In this document: positions 45,149 through 57,722 of the stretch, piece after piece
How the letters are laid out: every line of letters starts with the position of its first letter
Position numbering within the stretch: the first letter of the stretch is position 1
Assembly: GCA_964016885.1 (NCBI GenBank)
Contig: OZ024740.1
Coordinates: forward strand, 419,740,001-419,804,000
DNA from: Eledone cirrhosa
Lineage: Eukaryota
Direction of reading: 5' to 3'
DNA length: 64,000 nucleotides
The notes under the pieces: generated by a model
What the model was told of the DNA's origin: nothing
The model's input: the letters and a program-made list of their open reading frames with translations, nothing else
Database searches by the model: none
Program-made: the position numbers and the translations under genes

Positions 45149-45608
45149 CCTTTTGAAAATGCTTTACAAAAAAGAAACAATGTTATTTCTCAGCAGTTAA
45201 TTCTTTACAACAACAACAAAAATAAATACCATCAATTTCTCTCTGTTTGGTATACTTGCTGATATAGCAATCCAGAGATAGGTGTGGGAATTGTGTTATC
45301 TGGTTGCTTTCCTTTTTCAAATTCTTTGAGATTTTTCTAATGTCAATACTTTTTACTATCAATAAAACTTTGAATATATACCAAAAATCAAAAAGAACTT
45401 GTGTGGGTGGGGGGTTGGAGAGTTAACACTGTAAATAGGAAAGGTTTTAAAAAACGATTTAATAATTCTATATATGCTGAGAAATAGGTGACAAAAAAAA
45501 ATCAATGGTAAAATGGGGCAGGTGGATTATATTCAAGGTTAATATTTTCAATATTTTACTGGTTTTCACCAACTTCAAAATTCTATGTAAATGAGGTGGG
45601 AAAATATT

Positions 45609-46517
45609 TTCACTTTGAAGGTGAATATTACACCTGTTTCACTTTGGAGGTGAATATTACACCTGTTTCACTTTGGAGGTGAATATTACACCTGTTTCAC
45701 TTTGGAGGTGAATTTTACACCTGTTTCACTTTGGAGGTGAATATTACACCTGTTTCACTTTGGAGGTGAATTTTACACCTGTTTCACTTTGGAGGTGAAT
45801 ATTACACCTGTTTCACTTTGGAGGTGAATATTACACCTGTTTCACTTTGGAGGTGAATATTACACCTGTTTCACTTAGGAGGTGAATATTACACCTGTTT
45901 CACTTTGGAGGTGAATATTACACCTGTTTCTCTTTGGGGGTGAATATTACACCTGTTTCACTTTGGAGGTGAATATTACACCTGTTTCACTTTGGAGGTG
46001 AATATTACACCTGTTTCTCTTTGGAGGTGAATATTACACCTGTTTCACTTTGGAGGTGAATATTACACCTGTTTCTCTTTGGAGGTAAATATTACACCTG
46101 TTTCACTTTGGAGGTGAATATTACACCTGTTTCTCTTTGGGGGTGAATATTACACCTGTTTCACTTTGGAGGTAAATATTACACCTGTTTCACTTTGGAG
46201 GTGAATATTACACCTGTTTCTCTTTGGAGGTGAATATTACACCTGTTTCACTTTGGAGGTGAATATTACACCTGTTTCTCTTTGGGGGTGAATATTACAC
46301 CTGTTTCACTTTGGAGGTAAATATTACACCTGTTTCACTTTGGAGGTAAATATTACAACTTTTTCACTTTGGAGGTAAATATTACACCTGTTTCACTTTG
46401 GAGATGAATATTACACCAGTTTCACTTTGGAGATGAATATTACACCAGTTTCACTTTGGAGGTGAATATTACACCGGTTTCACTTTGGAGGTGAATATTA
46501 CACCAGTTTCACTTTTG
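45609..46517. repeat. Second 29-bp tandem array (about 31 units) inside the same dispersed element (about 45463-46612)
   Basis: Same unit and homologous flanks as 29745-31087. Confidence 0.95.
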
Positions 46518-47756
46518 ACATGAAATTTGTATTTTCAGTTGTTTTCGACGTGTTTTAAATGAACATGGTCTTCAAAACAGCCAGAAATTGATTTTAAAAA
46601 TCATCACGTAATAAAGTTGTGAAACAAAAACTATACTCTAAACAAAACTTAAAACATTTTAAATATCAAAATATTAAAACTTCATAAATATATTCTCTGC
46701 TCATGAGAATTTCAAAACCACATCTAAACATAATGTGTTGATTAACTGTCTTGACTTATAACAGGGTTTGGTTTTTTTCCCATTTCTCAGACATAAAATA
46801 TATTTGACTATATACCGTAGATAAAACTGCAGTACATTTATAGAATGCCCAGCTTTAGTTTCCTTTTTCTCCAGGTTATTTTAAGGTAACCAGTATTGTG
46901 GAAGTTAAATTATCTGTGAAAATAAAGCCAAAGCAGGCTACTTGTGGCAGAAATAAAGACTTCATAATTTTGTGATATACAATTGGAAAGATTGAACTAT
47001 TCCAAATGGAACAAACTGATTGGTTGATTCAATCTACTTAATACTTCTTTTTCTTCTGTTGAGATCTCTAAACATTGTTTCATGATACACAATGTCTGTT
47101 GACGTAACCATCTTGTGTTTCTTGATTATTTTTGATGGCTTATAAATGTACCAAGTAACCCAGTATAACTTGCTTCGTGGTTGAGTGGTTGGCAATTAAA
47201 CTAATTCCTTCACCAGACCCTGACCTAGTCAGGTCAGACTTTTGCCTGCCACTGGTACCATGTAACCCAGTACAACCTGCTTCATGTTGAGTGGTTGGTG
47301 ACTAAACCAACTCCCCCATCAGACCCTGATCCAGTGAGGAGGGTAAGGGGAACCACAGCAGCACAAAAAACAAAAGCTGTTAAAAGGGCAGATGAACTCC
47401 TCAGTATCAACTGCCATCCACCCCAACTATAGGTTAAATAGCCTCACCAACCAACAATTGGCCTAGTGTGTGGGATATAGCTACACCTCTGACATGGCCT
47501 AAACCAAACAGTGGCAATCAACCAGGAAGGGGTTCCTCCAACTGTAGTGAAAAGGCCCTGGATTGGATTGATTGGATAAAATAACAAAGCATTGCCATTT
47601 TTTGTTGATTGTCCAAGGTTAATAGGTGGAAAGGGAGGAAGAAAGCACACCTCAGGGGTTATTGCAGTAGGAAGATGTACAAGTCAGCTGAACTATTCTT
47701 AGACAGGGAAGCTGCTCTGAATGCTTGTAACAATGATGACTCTGTTAAAAGCAGAT

Positions 47757-47970
47757 AGTGTTCTGCTAACCCTTTAGTTACCAACTTAGTGTTCTGCTAA
47801 CCCTTTAGTTACCAACTTAGTGTTCTGCTAACCCTTTAGTTACCAACTTAGCCAAAACCACCCATTTTAAAGGTTTCCAATTTTGTATAAAAATATTACA
47901 TCTTAGTAATGAAATAATTAATACTTTTAGTAAATCCCTCAAAATTCTTCATTAATTAATTAAAATAAAT
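47757..47970. mobile_element. piggyBac-like MITE fragment with a triplicated 31-bp end
   Basis: agtgttctgctaaccctttagttaccaactt three times, then reverse-complement similarity to 59457-59696. Confidence 0.7.
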
Positions 47971-48204
47971 AAGTACCAGTAATGTACTGGGTAATTGCTG
48001 GCCTTGTGCCTAAAGTAGAAACAATTAATTAATTAAAATAAAGTGTATTTCATTATAAATGTGGTCATGAAAGGATTAAACGAAATGGTGCTCTGTCAAA
48101 GACAGATGGTGCTCTGTTAAAGGTAACTGGTAACATTAACCTGGGTAAGGGATTACGCAAAAGCTGCTGCAGCACAGTTTCTGTCCCCTCCCCCCAATTT
48201 AACT

Positions 48205-48323
48205 CACATGATTTTGGGTCAACCTGAGGTAGAAGAAACTTGACCAAGGTGCTATGCAATAGGACTAAACCCAGAACTATGATTGTAAAGCAACATGTCT
48301 AATTACGTGCCTATGCCTGCACC
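48205..48323 (-). mobile_element. Degenerate CORE-type SINE of a second family
   Basis: Reverse complement reads gtgcaggcatagg...ctgggtttagtcc...gcaccttggtcaagtttcttctac. Confidence 0.6.
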
Positions 48324-49244
48324 CAGTGGTGAATATTTTCCTTCATAAGCATCATCTGAAACCCTTAATCTCCATCTTCTTTTTAACTTATCTGATTTCA
48401 GTTTAAATCTTAGATGCTTCACATATATTCTGAATTGATATAACAGAAGTGTTTATCCTGTATAATTACTAAGTCTATAGGGTTTCTAGGTCCATTGTTT
48501 GGTACCAGGTGGCGCTCTAATGGAAAATAATCTCTTGGCTGTCACTAAAAATTATTGTTATTAATCTAGTCACTAATACTAGGCTTTGGAAGAGGAAAGG
48601 GTTATGCGCATAAACACATGCACATAAACACACACACTCACTCACACACACATGTATACACACATGCACTTACACATACATGCATGCACACAAACACATA
48701 CTCACACAAACATGCTCGCACACATACAGACATGCACACACATACACACAATCATGCGCACACACTCACACATACACACAAGCATGCGTACACACACCCA
48801 CACAATATTTTAGATAATTTTGCCATGTATAGTGTAACAGTTTTATTTTACCAAATTTATAACATTTTTATCATAACGCACCTTTTATTTAGATATGTTT
48901 TTTGTTTGAAATGTATATTTTTTTATATTATTTTTCTTTAGTGATCATTGGACAGTAATTGTGATTTATGAGTGTTTGACTTGGTTTCTTTTTCGCTTCA
49001 GAACTGTAACTATTTTACTCGGTTTCCCTAATTGAAAAATTTGGCAGAACTGCCAGTTTTAGCTCAGTGTCATTTAGTCATATGGCATTTTAAAATATTT
49101 ATATTTCATGAAGTAATGACCCAGTGATTGGCCAATAGGCCATCTCATACAGATTAAATGTCCAGCAAAATCATTGATCATTTATGCATGTAATAAAAAA
49201 CTGAAGTATTTTGAAACTAGATGCTTTTTCTTATGATAACCCCC

Positions 49245-49630
49245 ACTGCATGACCTGATGGTTAGGATGCTTGACATAGGATAGTAATGTCATCAGTTCA
49301 ATTCCTGTTTAGGCTACAGCATTGTGTTCTTAAGCAAAATTCTTTATTTTATGTTGCTTCAGTACATTCAGCTGAAAGTGAGTACCAGCAGTAGCTGGGG
49401 AGTTAATTCTGAAATAGGCTGGCATCTTGTCCAGGAGGCATTTTGTACTCTTAGTCACTTAACGCAAAAGAAACCAGGATAAACACTGGCAGTAGCTGGG
49501 GAGTTAAACCTGTGATAAACCGGTGTCCTGTCCAGCGGGGAGTTTTGTACTCTTAGTTGCTTAGCGCCAAGGAAAACAGTGATAAGTACCGGGCTGATGA
49601 GCCTTCAGCTTAGAATTACACTTTAACTTA
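49245..49630 (+). mobile_element. CORE-type SINE with internal duplication
   Basis: Head and core; the gcagtagctggggagttaa...tttgtactcttagt segment occurs twice (~49388 and ~49489). Confidence 0.8.
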
Positions 49631-50051
49631 ACTCAGCAGGAATATTTATTTATTTTTCAACATATTAAGCAGAACCAGCTTCAGTAATGCCTGTAGGATG
49701 ATTTGAAGTTCTATTACATCATCAAGTTGTCATCATTTTTTAAATAATGTTGCAGCTATTTTTATCCTGATAACACATAAAATGTTTATCCTCATCATAT
49801 CAGTGTCTGTACACAATTTAAATCAATGCATCTTAGTTGTGAAATTTTCTCCTTTTAACACCTGTTCAAAATTCCACAGTTGATTACATGATAATTGCTC
49901 TGAGAGTGATAAACCTATTTTTCTATTAGTAAAGCATTATAACCTGATTAGAATACATTATAGATTGTCTGATGAATAATTATAAATGTTTTATCAATTA
50001 GCTTTACTTTAGACCCATAATCTGTCAATTAGTATCTTTTGCTTTTGCCAC

Positions 50052-50505
50052 TGTCATTACTATAGGCTCCTATTCTTGTCAACGGTCAATACTATAGGCT
50101 TGTCAGCTGCCAATACTATAGGTTCCTATTCTTGTCAACTGCCAATACTATAGGCTCCTATTGTCAGTTGCCAATACTATAGGCTCATATTTTTGTCAAC
50201 TGTCAATACTATAGGCTCATATTTTTGTCAACTGCCAATACTATAGGCTTATCAGTCAATACTATAGGCTTGTCATATCCCAATACTATAGGCTCATATT
50301 TTTGTCAACTATCAATACTATAGGTTCCTATTTTTGTCAACTGCCAATGCTATAGGCTCCTATTTTTGTCAACTATCAATACTATAGGCTCCTATTTTTG
50401 TTATCTGTCAATACTATAGGCTTGTCGTCTGCCAATACTATAGGCTTGTCATCTGCCAATACTATAGGCTTGTCATCTGCCAATACTCATATTTTTGTCA
50501 ACTGT
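50052..50505. repeat. Variable-unit minisatellite built on caatactataggct
   Basis: About 14 recurrences in short and long unit forms. Confidence 0.9.
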
Positions 50506-51171
50506 TATCACAATTTTTCATAGAATAATTTTATAAAAATATTTCATGAAACTACAAACAATTTTAAGTATAGAATAATTTATAAAATAAAATATAGATA
50601 GAATTTCCTTCCAAAATTCTAAATTCTAATAAAAACAGTCAGAGAGCTGAAAACATTATTGACTTTTTATCAACATTACTTTTCAGAGAATAATTTTGTA
50701 AATTTATTATTTTACCAAATAATATTGTTTTTTATCTGTTTGCTTCATGTAATATCTTCTTTTATATATATTCTTGTTTATATTCTGCCTTCATACCTAA
50801 GTGTCACTGATACTCCAAGTACTAGACATAATTAACATTTTGTAAAAACATTTGCTTTATCAAAATATTTTAAGTTCTCTTACTGTTTTTTTTTCTTCTT
50901 TAAATTAAATTTTGGGGTAGGAAATCTGTTTTTATTTTTATATCAAAATTTAGACTAGATTTAAAATGTTCTATACAACAACATACAACAAATATCAATT
51001 TAAAAGAAGCATCAATGTTATTTGACTACAAAAAATACTCTTTTTGTACATTATTTTATGTACTATACGTGCACTTTTGATGAGTTGTAGTGTACCTGAG
51101 CACTGTACACAATAATTTTCATTATTTTTTGTAAGTTGAGCATATAAAGCCAGAAGACAGAAAATATTTGA

Positions 51172-52247
51172 ACAGTACTGCCTGTGGACAACAAATGTTT
51201 TAACACCATTTCCATTGTACAGTACTGCCTGTGGACAACAAATGTTTTAACACCATTTCCATTGTACAGTACTGCCTGTGGACAACAAATGTTTTAACAC
51301 CATTTCCATTGTACAGTACTGCCTGTGGACAACAAATGTTTTAACACCATTTCCATTGTACAGTACTGCCTGTGGACAACAAATGTTTTAACACCATTTC
51401 CATTGTACAGTACTGCCTGTGGACAACAAATGTTTTAACACCATTTCCATTGTACAGTACTGCCTGCGGACAACAAATGTTTTAACACCATTTCCATTGT
51501 ACAGTACTGCCTGCGGACAACAAATGTTTTAACACCATTTCCATTGTACAGTACTGCCTGTGGACAACAAATGTTTTAACACCATTTCCATTGTACAGTA
51601 CTGCCTGTGGACAACAAATGTTTTAACACCATTTCCATTGTACAGTACTGCCTGCGGACAACAAATGTTTTAACACCATTTCCATTGTACAGTACTGCCT
51701 GCGGACAACAAATGTTTTAACACCATTTCCATTGTACAGTACTGCCTGTGGACAACAAATGTTTTAACACCATTTCCATTGTACAGTACTGCCTGTGGAC
51801 AACAAATGTTTTAACACCATTTCCATTGTACAGTACTGCCTGCGGACAACAAATGTTTTAACACCATTTCCATTGTACAGTACTGCCTGTGGACAACAAA
51901 TGTTTTAACACCATTTCCATTGTACAGTACTGCCTGTGGACAACAAATGTTTTAACACCATTTCCATTGTACAGTACTGCCTGCGGACAACAAATGTTTT
52001 AACACCATTTCCATTGTACAGTACTGCCTGTGGACAACAAATGTTTTAACACCATTTCCATTGTACAGTACTGCCTGCGGACAACAAATGTTTTAACACC
52101 ATTTCCATTGTACAGTACTGCCTGTGGACAACAAATGTTTTAACACCATTTCCATTGTACAGTACTGCCTGTGGACAACAAATGTTTTAACACCATTTCC
52201 ATTGTACAGTACTGCCTGCGGACAACAAATGTTTTAACACCATTTCC
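51172..52247. repeat. Highly homogeneous 47-bp array, about 23 units
   Basis: acagtactgcctg(t/c)ggacaacaaatgttttaacaccatttccattgt starting at 51172, 51219 and onward. Confidence 0.98.
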
Positions 52248-52479
52248 AGGCCCCATAACAAGTTTCTCCAGTTTCCCTATCATTTATATCCCTTTCTCTA
52301 GCGCCTTCATTTTCATTTCTTTCTCCATCATCATTAGCTATGTCTTTCTTAGCCTTCCCCGACCTCTACATACTTCCACATTCATTTCCATCACTCCCCT
52401 CACCTCACTTTCATCTTTCCTCAGCACATGACTCAACCATCTCATTCCACTTCTCTTCTCAACATTCATCACTGGCACT

Positions 52480-52597
52480 ATCCCCCCCCCTCTCTCTCTC
52501 TCCCTCCCCTCTCTCTCTCCCCTCCCTCCCTTTCACCCCCCTCTCTACCCCTCTCTACCCCTCCCCCCTTTCACCCCCTCTATCCCTCTCTCCCTCT

Positions 52598-52630
<33 letters not shown>

Positions 52631-53275
52631 CCTCTCCATCCTCTCCCCCCCCTCTCCACCCTCTCCCCCTCTCTCTCCCTCTCTGCCTCTCCCCATCCCC
52701 CTCTGCCTCTCGCCTCCCCCTCTCCCTTCTCTCTCCCTCTCTCTCTCCTTCTCCTCCCCTCTCTCTCCTTCTCCTCTCTCTCCTCTCACCTCTCTCTCCT
52801 CTCACCTCCCTCTCCTCTCACCTCCCCCTCCTCTCACCTCTCTCTCCTCTCACCTCCCCCTCTCTCCCCTCTCTCTCCTCTCACCTCCCCCTCTCTCTCC
52901 TCTCACCTCCCCCTCTCTCCTCTCTCTCTCCTCTCTCTCTCCTCTCTCTCTCCTCTCTCTCCTCTCTCTCTCTCCTCCCTCTCTCTCCCTCTCTCTCTCC
53001 TCCCTCTCTCTCCTCCCTCTCTCTCCTCCCTCTCCCCTCTCTCCTCCCTCTCTCTCCTCCCTCCTCCCTCCCTCCTCCCTCCTCCCTCTCTCCCCCTATC
53101 TCCCCCCTCTCTCCTCCCTCCCTCCTCCCTCTCTCTCTCCCTCTCTCTCTCCCTCTCTCTCTCCCCCTCTCTCTCCCTCCTCCCTCTCTCTCCCTCCTCC
53201 CTCTCTCTCCCTCCTCCCTCCCTCCCCCTCTCCCTCCCTCCTCCCTCTCTCTCTCCTCTCTCTCCCTCTCTCTCG
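52480..53275. repeat. About 800-bp polypyrimidine (CT) tract
   Basis: Almost only C and T; source of the L/S/P and R/E/G ORFs. Confidence 0.97.
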
Positions 53276-53543
53276 CCAGTTAGTTTTGCCTGTAAAATCT
53301 GTCCACCAATTATTTTCCTGTGACATTCTAACCACATGCCCATAGTATCAGAGTTGTGATCTGTCAATTTGGAGAAGTAGCTGTTCTACCTGGAGTGACT
53401 CTCTCATCCCCGAGCTACACACTCTATCCAGTAACGTTATTCTAAAGACCGTGTGCTTTTTAAATAGTATGTTTATAAAAATTCATTTCAATAAAAAGCC
53501 ATTAGATGAAGAAGAAAAAAACCTTTACTGAAAAATCATGGTA

Positions 53544-53901
53544 CATCATCACCGTTTTACATCCATTCTTCCATGCTAGCATGGGTTAGACGGGTTGTCC
53601 TGTTGTGGGCAGTGTCTGGTCGGCTGATCATGCCTTGCTCATACAGGAACTGATTTTGGCTTGATTTCTACAGCTGGATGCCCTTCCTAACACCAACCTC
53701 ATTTACAGTGAGTGCTGGGTGCTTTTTTTCCGTGGCGCCTACACGACCACTTTACAGTGTGGACTGGGTGCTTTTTTGCCGTGGCACCTCCACGACCACC
53801 TTGCAGTGGGAGGGTGTGGGGGCATATTGTCTATATGCTTCAGCTTGTACCAATGGGAGGTCGGGTACTCTGTATTATTGCGTGACGCCAGAGGTCACGG
53901 T
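53544..53901 (-). mobile_element. RTE 3' region, inverted relative of 44080-44435
   Basis: Reverse complement matches 44080-44435 closely along its length. Confidence 0.9.
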
Positions 53902-53929
53902 ATCTATTATAATAATAATAATAAAAATG

Positions 53930-54380
53930 GTTTCATTTATTGGCCACAGGGGTCGACAATACAATAGATGGGGACAGTGAAACTTGAAAGAGTTGATGAG
54001 GGACTGGCCGAAGAGAAAAGTGTCTGTCTTCAGTCCTTTCAGCCTGGTCCACCATACAACCTCTTTCACTATTGCCACCAAACAGAGGAAAATTGGCTGC
54101 CCTTCCTGGCCAAAAGAAGGCGGTGGGTCGATTTTCACTATGGACTCGGCCGATAGCCGGATCCATTCAACAACTGTTTGACGTAACTCCACAAGTTAAT
54201 AATGCACGGACACTGGACCAGTGCGTGCAGAACAGTTTCGTTGTTCTGTGCGCATCTCAGGCAGGTCCGTCTAACAGCATTTCTGTGCCTGTAGAATTTA
54301 TCTCAAACCAGCATTGCCCCCCCAGTAGCACTGTTAAGCGAGGGATTTCTGGAAGTTATCTATCGTCCCCCTGGTTCGAA
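53930..54380 (-). mobile_element. L1/Tx1-clade LINE 3' fragment
   Basis: Minus strand encodes TCLRCAQNNETVLHALVQCPCIINLWSYV (CCHC zf-RVT) and KEVVWWTR; 3' end gtggccaataaatgaaa. Confidence 0.8.
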
Positions 54381-54384
54381 ATAA

Positions 54385-54567
54385 TAATAATTGTTTCTAC
54401 TTTTTGGCACAAGGCCAGCAATTATCCCAGTGTATTACTGGTACTTTATTTTATCGGCCCCGTAAGGATGAAAGGCAAAGTTAACCTCAGCGGGATTTGA
54501 ACTCAGTTCGTAAAGGGACGTAACTGTGCTGCAAAGCATGTCGTCTGACCCTCTACTGATACTGCCA
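54385..54567 (-). mobile_element. Meta-type SINE
   Basis: Reverse complement of 34205-34385. Confidence 0.85.
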
Positions 54568-55156
54568 ATAATGAAAATTATTGTGTAGTGCTCAGGTGCA
54601 CTACAACTCATCAAAGGTGCAGGTATAGTACATAGAATAATGTACAAATGTCAGGAAAGTGAACAGTGTATGAGTCATGATATACACACAGATACATGCG
54701 TGCGTGTGTATGGAGGGGGGGAACACATTTTTTTAATTTCTATCCTATCTAATATGATTATTATATCATATAAACTAGAATCTATAAATCAAAATGAAGT
54801 TAAAACTATCTTGTTTATGAATAATTGAAGATTAATATAGAGGTGAATAAAAAAAAAACTACAAATGTGGACTTAATGGCACAACTATAAAGAATCAAGA
54901 ACAAATGTTGGTAGGAAATTAAGTCCATATTTAGTCTACTAATTCTGCTACTCTGTTTAACTAACATCTCTCTCTCTCTCATTCTCTTTCATGCATTCTC
55001 TCTCACTCTCTCATTTCCTCTCTCTGATTTCAGTTTAATTCTCAAATTTACTCACAAATCATTTCATTTTTAATCTTCTCCTTCCTTTTATTTAATGGAG
55101 AACTTCTCTTGTAATGATTAAACAGCCTCTAAATTAAACTGTTCAGTATAAGATTG

Positions 55157-55443
55157 TGGAGGAGTGAAGCATATTGGTAAGGGGTGTTGGACTTACAATC
55201 GTGTCATGGGTTTGATTCCTAGACTGGGTTGTGTGTTGTGTTCTTGAACAAAACACTTCATTTCACATTGCTCCAGTATGTTCAGCTGAAGATGGGTACC
55301 AGCAATAACTGGGGTTTAATCCTGTGATGAACTGGCATTCTGTCCAGGGAGGAGTCTTGTACTCTCAGTCATTTCACACCATGAAACTGGAATAAGCACC
55401 AGCCTGACAATCCTCTTGGCTTGAGACAGACTTTAGACTTTTA
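55157..55443 (+). mobile_element. CORE-type SINE
   Basis: Same head, core and cagactttagac tail as 34592-34886. Confidence 0.85.
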
Positions 55444-55859
55444 AATAAGAATATAAATTTTACCCTTTCTCTGAACTAATTAGTGGGATAAACCCCAAAA
55501 GAGATCCTCTGCATCTGACAACTGAAGGATCATATTTCCAACCTAATTAGGTCATTTAAATTGGAATACAGTCAAAACCAGATTAAATATTTGCTCTTTA
55601 GTACGTTAACTAATCCTCCTTGTGAATGGTAGAATTGGTAGACTGTTGAATAAAATACCTTTTGGTATTTGATTACATCCCATTATGTTCTAAATACAAA
55701 CCCTGCCCAGGTCCACTGTAGCTTTCTTCTGGGCTTATAAGAAAAAGGTACTGTACTCTAGAAGACAGTATCCCATCATGACCACATTGCAATGACAAAC
55801 TACTAAACACATCTAACAATACACTTGTCACATCCATACCACCATTTGATTAATTCCAA

Positions 55860-56030
55860 ATATCTACACAGATTTGTCCATTTTTCATGCCTGCATGGGT
55901 GAGACGGGTTGTCCATTGGGAGACAAGTCTTGCCAGAGTTGGCCACACTGTACCTTGCTCTGATGAGGGCTGTAAATTTGGCCAGGTATTTTACAGCTGG
56001 GTGCCCTTCCTAACACCAATCACATATACA
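55860..56030 (-). mobile_element. RTE-tailed non-autonomous fragment
   Basis: gtccatttttcatgcctgcatgggtgagacggg...ttttacagctgggtgcccttcctaacaccaa. Confidence 0.7.
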
Positions 56031-56064
56031 GTATCTACACCAAAATCCATGTCCTGAAAACATA

Positions 56065-56489
56065 TGTATGGTCTGTCATATACGGTTATGAATACTTGGT
56101 GATAAGCAGTAAAATGGTAAGGAAACTGGACGCTGCTGAAATGTGGTTCATCTGGAGAATATTGAAAATATCTTGGATGGAAAAGAAAACCAACGATAAA
56201 GTCTTAAGACTGGCAGGAAAGATCTCTTGTCCGTACTATTAGAAAGAGGCAATTGGAATTCTTTGACCGCATAAACAGAAGAGATGGTTTGGAGAAGCTG
56301 ATTCTTTGTAGTAAGATTGCTGGAAAGAGAAGACAGGGAAGACAAAGAACAACAAAGACAACCTGTACAAATACGGTAAGGAAAATAGGATGAGAAAGAG
56401 AGACCTCATCTGGAACACTGACAACAGGAAGAACTGGAGAGCCATTATCACTGACGGAACAGACTTGGCACCTGATGATGATGATGATG
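56065..56489 (+). mobile_element. RTE (BovB-like) LINE 3' fragment
   Basis: KLDAAEMWFIWRILKISWMEKKTNDKVLRLAG and IRKRQLEFF..GLEKLILCSKIAGKRRQGRQR, with a (GAT)n tail. Confidence 0.88.
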
Positions 56490-56689
56490 AAAGGGCATAC
56501 ACTGGTCACTCGTCTCTGACTACACCTCTGTTGGATTAAACCTCAAATAATTTACTTTGTAATGTTTATATAATCAAACGTTTTATTTTGGATCTATAAC
56601 AGATGATGTGTTATAGAATTGTACAGCGTTTACTTTTTGTTTTTTTATTCTTTCTCATTGTGTTTCCCTCTATATATATGGTATGACAT

Positions 56690-56914
56690 TAGTATGGTCC
56701 CGTAACTACTGATAGAGTCATAGGGGCGCCGTATTGACATACAGCGTTTCTTGGGCATTTTCAACCTAGCAGAGCCTATCCCTCTCCAGGCCTGAGTACA
56801 GCAGATTTCTTCCAGAGAGAGGAAGAAGCGACCCCAGTACTAGACTGGCACTTTTTTTTAGCGATCTCGAAAGGATGAAAGGTAAAATTGACATCGGCGG
56901 GATTTGAACTCAGA
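56690..56914 (-). mobile_element. Meta-type SINE fragment with a longer tail
   Basis: gaaaggatgaaaggtaaaattgacatcggcgggatttgaactcaga; a related decayed copy lies at ~33150-33435. Confidence 0.65.
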
Positions 56915-57283
56915 GAACAGATGGAGAGTTTGTGTTTCTGTTGTGAGACAAATCACAACAGAAACACAAACACTCCATCTCAATTTTACTTGTGAAAATC
57001 ATAAGAACTGTGAAACTGGTAAAGTAAATAAATATTCTTAAAAGACTCCAGTTGCATTTTCAATTTCTTTTCTTTATACTTTCACCATGTGGGACATCTT
57101 TTTAAAAAAAAAAACTTATTTTCTTTTATATATATATATATATATATTGTTATACTTTGGGAGGGTCATGTTGCCAATAAGAAACACACACACCAGTTGC
57201 TTTCACTCCAATTTATTATAAATTAAATTTATAAATTTCCGGTTGGTTGGTTGGTTCCATAACCGGACGGTTGTTCATATATT

Positions 57284-57326
57284 GTCAAAGTTCTTTCGTC
57301 ACACATTCTGTGACCTCTTCAGTGAC
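57284..57326 (-). ncRNA. Minimal type I hammerhead ribozyme motif in the inverted pLTR
   Basis: Minus strand reads guca CUGAAGA g gucaca-gaaug-ugugac GAAA gaac UU ugac; stem I guca/ugac, 6-bp stem II. Confidence 0.7.
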
Positions 57327-57722
57327 TGTGGATTCTTTTTTTTGTTTTTGTGCCTCTCCTTTGTTCTGTCCTACGCCATCTTGTTTTTGTGTGTGTTGTG
57401 TGCTTAGTTTGCGCATGTGTTACATCCGGGTGTCTGTGTGTGTTTATATTTGTTTATTTATTTGTTTATTTACATGTTACTGGTTGGTTGTTTGTTCTAT
57501 GTGTGTGTGTGTTTTCATTTTGTCCTTAATTGTAAGTTGCGATGTTGCTATTCCATTCATGTTTTCTATTTAATTTTGGTTGGAGTTCATTTATGTTTAT
57601 TGCCTCTGTGATTTGTCTAAACATTGCGTCTTTTCTGTGTGTAGATTCTATTTTTATTTCTATGTTCTCTAATTTACCCTTATGTACAACACTTCATCCA
57701 CATACAACATTTCATCCACCGT

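Noticed and set aside
46789-46884. AG...GT-bounded candidate exon
   Set aside because: No ASCC3-like peptide; AT-rich with stop codons.
52340-53367. 300-aa L/S/P-rich and R/E/G-rich ORFs
   Set aside because: A CT tract lacks stop codons by composition.
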